A DNA stretch of 64,000 nt from Laetmonice hystrix (taxonomy: Eukaryota). Shown piece by piece: positions 51,196 to 64,000 of the stretch (position 1 is its first letter; every line of letters starts with the position of its first letter). The notes below the pieces were generated by a model. It worked only from the letters and a program-made list of their open reading frames with translations, was not told where the DNA came from and searched no databases. A program made the position numbers and the translations under genes. The stretch lies in the NCBI GenBank assembly GCA_965235115.1, contig OZ249436.1:17238001-17302000 (forward strand), written 5' to 3'.

Positions 51196-54100
51196 AGTCG
51201 TAGAAACCCACAGATCGGAGGTCATCTCGGAGGTTGTTAATGACAACCTCCGGGAGGTCGGCCAGTGGCAGGCGGGGTGGGCCGAGCGCCAAGCCGAGAG
51301 TCCGGGCGAAGGCGCGCGAACTGGAGGCTGGCGCTAGCTCTGAAAGAAACAGAGGAGTCATCATGCAGCGAGACATGACGAGAATCTGATAAAGTCATGA
51401 TTTAACCCTCTCTACCACTAAACTGTGTTTTCTGACGATCGGAGGCCTATAAATCAATGCATACCATATTTTGTCCTGAACTTTCCGACGGATAGGATGC
51501 GGTTCTGAAAAGAAGAACATCATCAAAGTTCGCTAATGATAATGTCTTCTTTTTTGTTTAAATACTTTAAAGAAATATTAACTGAAGATTGATGAGCTTT
51601 GACAGAACGTACAGGCGTTATGTCACATATCCACCCCCGGGGTCAGTTAATGATGACGTCATACCTGCCAGAGACGCGCCGTCTTCATGTCGCCCTGATC
51701 GAAGGCGTCCCGGATTCGCCGGAGAACTTTCCCGGAGAACGAGTTACACACCGTGACCCTGATCCCGACGGCCAGACCGGCCAGGTACGTCTGCCAAGGG
51801 GTCACGGGGTCAAAGTCAGGAGGGTGACAGTCAAGGGGTCCGGGTTATGTTAGTGTCAGTTGTACACGTGAGGGTGCACGGGCAGGCGTGTTATCAGGTG
51901 TAATTGTAGGCGTGTTAGTATCAGGTATACAGGTGTAAGTGCACAGGTAGGTGTGATTTTTTTCAGATGCACGGACATCAGGCGTAACCCAGTTACTTTC
52001 ATAATGTCCGGAAAGAGAAAAGAAAAGCGTTTTATAGTCCTCTATTGGAATTAAAGGAAATATGTCACGGGGGGTATATCGACCGAAATCTTCAGTTTTG
52101 TGCTTACCTGCTTACCACTGACGTACTATGGCACTGATTGTTTTTCATATTGATTCTGTTAACACATACTATGAGTAGACAGCTGTGAAATTCTCCCTAA
52201 TGTAGAAAAATGAATAAAACTAGCTGCAGTTTCCGCAAAGTGCAATGAATCCGCCATTTTGGCCCCCTTTGGCTGCCGCGAATCATTAACGGGTCCCATG
52301 ATCACGTGACTCTCGCTGGGATTACCCGAGATGTAATGATAGTGGGATAGTGGGACTATAATAGTTATAATGGCCCATCCGCCGATCGTGTGAGAAGGGT
52401 GTAAAACACAGCCGGCTGGAAATCCCGGGGTCTCGGAATCTAAGGTGTCATTTTCAGTGACCGCATTAAGAATTGGCGATTTTTTTTTACAAAATACCGG
52501 CCAAAGCTACATAAACAGGTAGGGGACCTTTGGGGCTTATCGGAGAACCGCAATGCTGACATATTTTTACTGAAACACGACGTATTATTTGAAATTCGTG
52601 ACATATTACCTTTAAACCCTGGTCAAGTATCAGGTGTGAGTGCTCAGGTAGGTGTGTTAGTATCAGGTGTAGGCCTACATGTGTAAGTACACGGTTGGGT
52701 GTGTTAGTATAAGGTATACAAGTTAAAGTGCAGGCAGGCGTGTTAGTATCAAGTGTGAGTGCACATGTGTGTTAGTATCAGGTGTAAGTGCACTCACGCC
52801 TGATACTAACACGCCTGTCTGTGCATAGTATTAGGTGTCAGTGCACATGTAGGTGTGTTAGTATCAGGTGGGGGTGCACTGGTATGTGTGTTAGTATCAG
52901 GTACATAGGTATGTTAGTATCAGGTGTAAGTGCACGGGTGGGTGTGGTAGTATCAGGGTCACAGGTGTGTTAGTATCAGGTGTAAGTGCACGGGTAGGTG
53001 TGGTAGTATCAGGGTCACAGGTATGTTACTATCAGGTGTAAGTGCACGGGTAGGTGTGGTAGTATCAGGTACATAGGTGTGTTAGTATCAGGTGTAAGTG
53101 TACGGGTAGGTGTGTTAGTGTAGCCATCCTACCTCCTCATTGCCCAGAAGCAGGTCCACCTGGTCTCCGTGTTCTCGCATCACGTTCTGCATGCTGCTGA
53201 AGGAGGGGCTGGTGTGTTTGACCCCCCGCAGCGTGGGAATCTGGGGCAGACCCAGTCGGAAGAACTCGGTGCAATCCACTGATAAACAGTCAAAATGCAT
53301 TAAATGTTCTAACACGAATGTGAGGGGGGGGGGGGGGGGTTAGAGTTAAAGAGACTTTTCACAACTTGTCCCAGTGGCGCCCCCTAGCGACTACGAAGGT
53401 GCATCGTTTTCCATTGATTTCTGTGTGTTGTTGAATATAATATCTTGCCTTGAAGTAGACCTTGACTGTGGTGAAGCTTACTTAAACTGCAATGCTGGAG
53501 GTTTTTCTGCTGCCTCTTGGAGAGGCAACCCCCGTTAAGTTCATAATTATTATAGTTCTCTAAGTATCCACTAGGTGGTTCATGATGTGGGCAAGTCTAT
53601 ACATAGCACCTTTAAAGTACATGTACACTGCATGGTCAGTCTGGCTTATCTTTTGGAGGTTTTAGGCTTCCGCCCTGAAAGGATTGTCCTTTTGGAAAAC
53701 TGGAAAAAGCCCCTCCCCCCGTGACGGATCGGGTGGGGTGGGGAGGGGGGGTTAACCCCGCAACCAATTTGTCTTTTTATCTCTATAGGCCTAAACCTTC
53801 TGAATTGATATGCTACCCCCCTAGGCAAATTCTCAATTAGCAAAATCCTGGATCCGCCCCTCCTCCCCCCAGGCTAAAGTTTGCATTATGTTATAATTAG
53901 CAAGGAGAGAGAGACCCTGTCTCGAAGGCCTGGGGCGTTGCCCCTTAGTCAGTTACCCCTCTCTTATACCCCCTAAAACATTCCTGTATCCACCACTGCG
54001 TGTGGTGTTTCTGGCGACCCTTACGATGTATGCCTGTCACGATGTCGATGTCGTAGAGGTAGAATGGAGTGTTGGGGGCGGCCGCCGCCACTTCTTTCAT

Positions 54101-57100
54101 GTACTCCACGTAGTTCGCTGTTCACACAAGGAGGACATGATATGAACGGGATTCGTTATTACGTATTTTTGTAGGCCTATATTTAGGGCATTATTTTAAT
54201 GTAGAAGTCTATAGACACTCCACACCCCTCTCAGTACGCGACGCAGGTCGATACTACCCATCCGACGAATTGTTAAAGACAACTGGAGGAATATCATGGC
54301 GTTAATCTTGAAACCACTCACCAACCGTGGCCGGTTTGAAGTAGGTGGGTCCCACACAGGCGATGGCGTCCGCTCCGATAGACTCGGCGTGCTTGGCCTG
54401 TCAGGAAAACCAACCCACTGGTCATTGTGACGTCATCGGGAGGACGACGGCCCAGTGGCCATTGTGACGTCATCGGGAGGACGACGACATAGTGGTCATT
54501 GTGACGTCATCGGAGGACGACGACCCAGTGGTCATTGTGACGTCATCGGGAGGACGACCCAGTGGTCATTGTGACGTCATCGGAGGACGACGACACAATG
54601 GTCATTGTGATATCACCGGGTGGAGGACACATTGGTCATTGTGACGTCATCGGAAGGACGACGACCTAGTGGTCATTGTGACGTCATCGGGAGGACGACG
54701 ACCCAGTGGTCATTGTGACGTCATCGGGAGGACGACGACCCAGTGGTCATTGTGAGGTTATCGGGAGGACAATGACCCAGTGCTCATTGTGACGTTATCG
54801 GGGGGGGGGGCGACGACCCAATGACCATTGTAACGTTATCGGGACCCAGTGCATGGTCATTGTGATATCATCGAGAAGAGGACCCAGTCTCATTGTGACG
54901 TCATCGGATGGAGAACCCAGTGGTCATTGTGACGTCATTGTGAAAAGCAGGACCCAGCGGTTATTGTGACGTCATCGATGGAGGACCCAGTGGTTATGGT
55001 GATGTCACCGGGAAGAGCAGGGCCCAACGGTTATTGTGACGTCATCGGGAGGAGGACCCAGTCTCGTTGTGACATCATCGGATGGAGGACCCAGTGGTCA
55101 TTGTGACGTCATCGGGAAGAGCAGGACCCATCGGTTATTGTGACGTCATCGGGAAGAAGACCCAGTGATCATTTTGACCCTGACTGGTCCCCTGCTCACT
55201 CCTCCCTTCCCTCTGAGATTGAGACAGGTACACACCATGCAAAACGGGCAGATTTCTGCCCGTTTGGGAGTTGTGACGTCAAAAAAAGGCAACCGGAACG
55301 ACAGAGCAACAGGCCGTACGACCATGGTGATAGGCCTACTGTCACGTCACAATCAGTAGACTTAGGAACCATGGTGGTATTTAGTATTATCGCGTCACAA
55401 TCAGCTAGTAGACGTAGAAAAAACAATTTGGCATCGGTGTGCGCCAATGAGAGCGAGTCGCTCTTCGGCCAATAAAATGGGCTAACGCGCTGCTGTGTAC
55501 CTGTCTCAACCTCCGATAGGAGTTGAGCAGGGAACCAGTCAGATTTTGACCATTCTCACACTCGAGTCCTTTCGGCAATCTTCGGCAATCTTCGTTCGTG
55601 CGAGGAAAGCACTCTCACAGATTACATATCACTCACGGCCCGATTAGGAGCATCCGCACCACCTCACTCGTTAGCTTACTACATCAGTGACATAAAGTAG
55701 GCCTAGGCCTATCGAAGAGGGGCGTCAAGTAGTGATATTCCTTTATTTAAACTTACGCTGGCGCGTGTTTGTCTTTCGATTAACCACCGGTTCGGCTGGT
55801 GTCACGGGGAAATCCGCCATATGGCTTCTCAAAAGAAATAGGCCTAGTTCGGCAAGCGGTGCCTGGTCCCCTACGGCTTACCCAGGCTCCCGTGCAGGAT
55901 CTGTGAGCGTTCATTTCAGCAAATGGGCGCGAATGTGAGCGTGCATTTTGACCTCATCAAGTTGAGGACGGGGATGCTCGGGCTGTTAGCTTGTTTATTA
56001 CTGGGAGTCTAACTACTGATTGGTCGCCAGACATACTAAGGGTAAAACCATGGTCAGAAGGTGAGCCCAACTGGTGTTGATCTCTGGTACCTGCTGGCCT
56101 TATAAAACTGATACTTACCAGCTTAATGCTGTCCTTCATGTTTCCAGCTCCCACGTGAACGATCACTCCCCTCAGTCTGCAGGAAGGATTACAGGACTGC
56201 TCAGTCATAAAGCCTAAACGGATCGGGGGGCGCACAGGGGACACGTACCTTCCCTTTAGCTTCCCTAATTCCTAATTATATATCATTAATCATTTTGTCA
56301 TATTTAGATTAGATACATCACATCATGAGTGGACACGATGAAGCAAATCACGGTTGTAACTCACAGATAACAAAAGAACGTTAGTAATTCTTGTATAGGA
56401 CCCAGCAGGACTATACTCACTTCCCCTTTGCCTCTCTGACCCAGGTCTCAGCAGTCCGCTGGCGTTCCTCCGTGGTCATGCTGAGGCCCTCTCCCGTGCT
56501 GCCATTGACTAGCAGAAATCGACATAATGCAACGTGGAATTGTTGGAAACGAGAAACATTCTCTTTACATGGGATATCTCTAGCTTAATGTCTCTCCCAC
56601 CTTCTGCCTGTCCATCTTAGTGCTAATATTGTATGTAAAGTCAGCCTACGCTGTTTTGTTTTTCTCGTGGGGAGGAGTAACTTTGAGAGCAGTGTTCGTA
56701 CATACCGAATACAAATGGGATCTCGTGCTCGGCGATATGATCCACGTAAAGCCCGATCAGTTTCAGGTTGATCATCCTGGAAACCACAAACGATTTATAA
56801 ACTCGGAGGAAGAACGTCATAATCAACACGGTCGTTCCGCTTCTCTTTTCCGCGTCTGTTTACTGCAGGATAAGGGCTGATCCAATTATTAAAGGCGATT
56901 CTCCTTGCGGCATCCCTGCAGGTTTTTCTTAAATTTAGGTGGGAAAAGTTCACTCCGTAGACTCTCTAACGTTGGATGTAGACCTTAACACATTTCGATC
57001 AATATGCTATACCTCAGACAATTTCAAAACGATCCCGATGTCTTTTAAAGTTGTTGTAGGCCTATGAGGGGCAATGTAGGCCTATATAGGCCTATGCCAG

Positions 57101-57718
57101 TTCAGAGCAAATATGGCGACATTTGCTCCCCCCCCCCCGAGATAACAGTTTTGGCCCTATAGGCCTATATACTACTAGTACTATCGACTCATGTAGGGCC
57201 TAGTAGTCCTACAGCGGGCAGAAAACAGAATATCACAAAATTATAGGTCCTATGTTTCAAAACCACGCATAGGGCCTATATATATAGGCCTAAAGACATT
57301 TAAAAGTCGAAACAACAATTTAAATGGGATAAAGTTTCCCCATCCCCAAAAAGGTTCGTAAAAGACGAAATTAAGACAGGGGTGGATCCTGCTTTTTGAA
57401 AGGGGGGGGGGGGGTCCAATATATTATGACCTAATGTCATGACGTTAACGGTTAGGTCGTTAGGTCCGAACGGTAACAGGACGGCCAGTTATAAGTTCAT
57501 TTTTCTATACTTTCACGATCGTTCAAACATGAAATTTTAACATGGTGTTGCTGAGGATAAAAGGTAACTTTTTGAGGAATTTCACATGGCGCTTTAATAC
57601 GTATACGAGATGTCGTGTCTAGCTATATAACTCACCGACTCTCACGGAATGGCGTACATGGAGCACAACACATGTCGTCAATTTTGAAGTCCATCTTAGA
57701 CTCTGCTTTATACTCCAT
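51185..57718 (-). CDS. NPL: N-acetylneuraminate lyase-like protein (DapA/NanA family), 311 aa
   Basis: Exons 57718-57636, 56776-56706, 56508-56421, 56176-56119, 54397-54322, 54117-54025, 53278-53133, 51790-51665, 51504-51465, 51339-51185 (936 nt, frame closes). Motifs VNGSTGEGLSMTTEER, VIVHVGA, AKHAESIGADAIA, EVAAAAPNTPFYLY, GVKHT (Schiff-base Lys) and GPPRLPL. Confidence 0.93.
52055..52611. mobile_element. Kolobok-like MITE with TTAA target duplication
   Basis: TTAA|aggaaatatgtcacg ... cgtgacatattacct|TTAA. Confidence 0.8.
52625..53118. repeat. Degenerate GTGTTAGTATCAGGT minisatellite
   Basis: Repeated motif; related copies at ~51850-51960 on the other side of the Kolobok-like MITE. Confidence 0.85.
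54414..55170. repeat. ~35-bp minisatellite with a CRE palindrome core (about 21 units)
   Basis: cccagtggtcattgTGACGTCAtcgggaggacgacga; 14 units carry a perfect TGACGTCA by manual count. Confidence 0.93.
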
Positions 57719-58729
57719 CTTCTGGAAATGAAATTCGGATATTATTATCTGTTTAAACCTTAACCTTTGAAAGAACACGGACTTACATGGCAGACGGACC
57801 TTCATTATAGTACAGGGACCGTGACACTCGGCGCTACCTCGACAGATAGCAGATCATGTCTCGGCCATAATGGTCAGGTCGCCATTTTTGAAAGTAGTCA
57901 CACAACAAAACAAACCCATGTGCTTTCCACAGCTGCCATCTTGGCCTTTGTCGCTTTAAAAAAAATTCTAGTGGGTGTTCACGGAAGGGACAGTGATCAG
58001 AGTTATGTGAAATAACGTCCTCCTTAATTTGTATCTCGCCTAGACTGCCTCACCAGTTTCCGAGCGCTTCGCGCTAGCAGCCACCGTGTCGCCGCTGTCG
58101 GTAGCTGTGACTGAGTCTGAGTCAGCGAGTGTTGGTGGCCGAGGATGGGACGAATAGAGGCATAAGCCATTTCTGAGTTGAGCATGTTTCTCTCTGTTTT
58201 GGTTTAACTGCCGCGACTTTCCTTTGGTTATCGGACAGTTTTCAAGTGCATAATGCAAACACTCATCAACCGCTGCCATTACGCTGTAGGGATTACTTGG
58301 TCAGCGCGCGCATTGTGCCCCCCTGCCTGCTTACTCAGTATTCATTCGCGCCGCATCACAAAGTCACACAAATCTGTCCATTAGGCCTACACCCGAGGTG
58401 AAAATCCGAACCCACCGGAAGGTGGCGGACTTTCCCGAGGGTTCCAGAATGGGACCGTGGAAGAGTTTCGAAAGTGGGGAGGGCCTGCGGTGGCGGCGAA
58501 TTTGAAAATTTGTATAGGCTCTCAAAATGGGGGCGGGACACCCCCCCCGCGCTTCCGGTCCCGCTCTAGAGCCTAATTATGCAGCTCAAATAAAATAATA
58601 ATAATAATAATAATAATAATACACTGCAATAAAAAAAATTAAATCCCAAAAAGCAAACCAACATATATATAGCACTTTTTCCCCAAACGACACTTACCGT
58701 CAGTCCACATACCTCCCCAAAAACGTAAC

Positions 58730-59680
58730 CCTATCTCTAGCCCTACCCCCGTCCCAATTCCAATCTCTTGCCCTACTCCCGTCCCAATCTCTATCTCTAG
58801 CCTTACCCCGTCCCAATCCCAATCTCGAGCCCTACCCCCATCCCAATCTCTATCTCTAGCCCTACCCCCATCCCAATCTCTATCTATAGCCCTACCCCCG
58901 TCCCAATCCCAATCTCTAGCCCTACCTCCGTCCCAATCTCTACCTCTAGCCCTACCCCCGTCCCAATCTCTATCTATAGCCCTACCCCCGTCCCAATCCC
59001 AATCTCTAGCCCTACCTCCGTCCCAATCTCTATCTCGAGCCCTACCCCCGTCCCAATCTCTATATCTAGCCCTACCCCGTCTTAATTCCTATCTCTAGCC
59101 CTACTCCCGTCCCAATCTCTATCTCTAGCCCTACCCCCATCCCAATCTCTATCTCTAGCCCTACCCCCATCCCAATCTCTATCTCTAGCCCTACCCCCAT
59201 CCCAATCTCTATCTATAGCCCTACCCCCGTCCCAATCCCAATCTCTAGCCCTACCTCCGTCCCAATCTCTACCTCTAGCCCTACCCCCGTCCCAATCTCT
59301 ATCTCTAGCCCTACCCCGTCCCAATCTCTATCTCTAGCCCTACCCCCGTCCCAATCCCAATCTCTAGCCCTACCCCCGTCCCAATCCCAATCTCTAGCCC
59401 TACCCCGTCCCAATCCCAATCTCTAGCCCTACCCCGTCCCAATCTCTATCTCTAGCCCTACCCCCGTCCCAATCCCTATCTCTAGCCCTACCCCTGCCCC
59501 CGTCCATATCTCTATAGCCCTTCCCCCGTCCCAATCCCAATCTCTAGTCCTACCCCCGTCCCAATCCCAATCTCTAGTCCTACCCCGTCCTAATTCCTAT
59601 CTCTAGCCCTACCCCTACCCCCGCCCCTATCTCTAGCCCTAGCCCTACTCCTGTCCCTATCTCTAGCCCTACCCCTTTCC
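58730..59680. repeat. 30-bp pyrimidine-rich minisatellite (CTCTAGCCCTACCCCCGTCCCAATCTCTAT)
   Basis: About 30 tandem copies; G-run-rich on the minus strand. Confidence 0.96.
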
Positions 59681-61718
59681 CTAATTTCGTGGGACTGCCA
59701 CCAATGGGGAAGAGCCGATTCAGAAGAGATAGTCTGGGAGGGCACGTGCGCATTTTCCATTGGCTCACGCTCTAAGGGCACAATTTGGGTTTATATGGTA
59801 GGTTTAGGGAATGTGGTCCCCATGATCCATGCCTGCTCGCACACTTACTATACTCACACACTTACTAGGCCTATACTGATCCATGCCTACTCGCACACTT
59901 AATATATATATATACTGACGTCTGTATAATCATGAGTAGCCTACATACCAATGCAGTCGCCATGGTCGTGTATCGTCACAGCTGGTCGGGTTGTGAGTTA
60001 TAATCCCAGCAAGGATAGATCTACTCTGCTGACTATACAGAATATATCCGTCTGCGATCTGTACGCCACGGACGAAAAGGTCCCTCCAGGCACCTGGGAC
60101 CCAAACTTTGGATAACGTAACCAAGCAACCGATAGCCGTACGTTGGCGATCTGGTAAGTAGTCACGTGTTACGACAGGCACTCCCGTAATCCCGACACAT
60201 CATTCCTAACTCCAAGCGGTTTTCAATACCACTTTATCTGATTCAGGTGTCAGTTATCGGCCTAGATCGGGAAATATTTGGAGCGATCGATATTTTACTA
60301 GGCGTTGAGTTACTCAGGCCCACTAAGTAATCATTGTATTAAACTACACGATGCCTGTAGGTAGAAAACAATCGTTATTTCATATTTTTGGGTCGCTTTT
60401 CATTCACTCTTCTGGTCTGTGTTTGCTCGCATCTTCAAAGGTCACTTCGCACACAAGTGTTACTTCAGTATTTGTCTATAGTATCAAAGCGAGGCTAAGA
60501 TGACGACGTAACTATATATTATATTGTCCGCGGTATATTTTCGTCGGACAACTATATCAAGGAACAATATAATGTCAGTCGCATACATTAATTCGGTTCG
60601 ATCTCGATATCTTCTGATCTCTTTGGAAAGGATCTGGAAAGTCCACTGCTGGACTCGGGTCAGAAATCATATCCTGAAAGGGCTTTGTCTATGGTATTAT
60701 CTGGTGAGATGGAATGGTTCCAGAAAGGTCATTACTAGACTCTGCATGTCTACTAGTATGTTCCCGTAGTTCGTCAAAGCAAAGGACGTTATCTTTAAAA
60801 AAAAAGAGCCCTCCACCCCACGCCCGTGTTCACTGGTAAAGTGAAGTGAAATGGGGGCGAGGACGACACGAGTCCAATTCTAATACATTCGCCTGAATGA
60901 TTCAGCAGAAATGACAAAGCAAGATTTTTGGTTTTGTTTCTTTAAAAAGGTATATTATACGTTTTTCATCATCACAGTCAGGTTGATTAATACATATAAG
61001 CACTTGATATCACCAAGCGTTGCTCACTATATAATATACAACGTCAAAATGTCATTATACCTCCCAACTGGGTCTTCATCATTGGCGGGCTCAGCCCTCG
61101 AAACGTGATTGGCTAGAAAATCACCGGTGAAACAATATGCAAATTACGTTACGTCATAACAAGAGTAGAGACTCTCGCTGTTCGAGTCCATGACCTCTAG
61201 GGTTAGGAGGCTTTAACAGACGTGTATATTTGGGACGCCTTCAAAACAGTAATACTGAAATGTGTCTTAGAATACATACGTGGCGAAATAGTGACAGAGA
61301 AATTCATACAGAAATGTGGTGGTTTGTCCACCGTCAAAACTTTGTGAGAGAATCTCGATTGCCATGATTAAGATATATACACGAAAAATTAAATCGATAA
61401 AATTTGGGTTTCGATGATTGGGGTTCAGTGACACTGAGGGTAAAATTTGAAGTAATGCATTCAATCTGAACATAGACATGTTTGACATTCTTTTCCCTAT
61501 GAGAAGGATGAACCTGTTAATTTACAGAAAGTCCATGAAATCGGTAAAATCGGACTGAAGACACATAGAGTACTTCCAATGAGTCGATCCGTACAGAAAG
61601 ATTCAGGTTTTCATGTCGATCAGTAATAATCCATCCTGGTTTGGCTCCGTGCTGTAGATCTTCTCATGGCAGATGGTACACCACTTTAACAACAGGGGGA
61701 GCCAGTGTCTGACGTCAT

Positions 61719-63777
<2,059 letters not shown>

Positions 63778-64000
63778 CTGCCCAGGGGAAAACACACACA
63801 CACCACACATACGTGTTGTTAGCGGACTATGGAAAGCGATCAGGGGTTAGGTGTATAGGAGGTGAGTATAGACAAGTGTTGGACAGTTTAGGGACTTTTC
63901 ATCAGTTCTCCTTCGGTAAAATTCCAGTTTCTCAAATGGGAATTTTAACGGAAGAGAATCTCCGAAAAATCCTGCCACCTGTGCAGTGCAGGGCCACGGA

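Noticed and set aside
58040..58279. 79-aa ORF that might be a transposon helicase remnant
   Set aside because: The resemblance is too weak and no matching termini were found.
59930..60025. tRNA- or SINE-like segment
   Set aside because: Only a degenerate B-box-like string is present and no cloverleaf can be drawn.

Overview
This is eukaryotic, intron-rich DNA from an animal, most likely an invertebrate bilaterian; the species cannot be determined from the sequence. By manual translation across GT-AG junctions I can reconstruct seven host genes: NudE/NDEL1 (-, ~1.0-13.1 kb), MARF1/Limkain-b1 (+, 14.6-26.4 kb; NYN-RRM-RRM-LOTUS), CCDC137 (-, 31.4-35.5 kb), OXLD1 (+, 35.6-37.4 kb), an LRRC14/PRAME-like LRR gene (-, 37.9-42.0 kb), an N-acetylneuraminate lyase NPL-like gene (-, 51.2-57.7 kb) and the 3' half of a tektin-3/5 gene (-, 61.7 kb to the window end). 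A 4.4 kb two-gene PIF/Harbinger transposon (MADF-like protein plus DDE transposase, TTA target duplication) lies at 42365-46812. There are also about 14 MITEs and many minisatellites. The most notable observations are: (i) about 39 copies of the palindrome TAGGCCTA, concentrated in CpG-retaining regions, with one copy visibly created inside a duplicated exon fragment; (ii) three exon-boundary duplications in MARF1, including a 10-copy splice-donor array, each giving a premature stop if used; (iii) two head-to-head gene pairs that are also head-to-head in human; (iv) minisatellites built from CRE and RFX X-box motifs; (v) an NPL with altered sugar-binding residues; (vi) a probable 4-bp frameshift in the transposase tail. 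All exon coordinates and counts were read by eye and need RNA-seq or computational confirmation.
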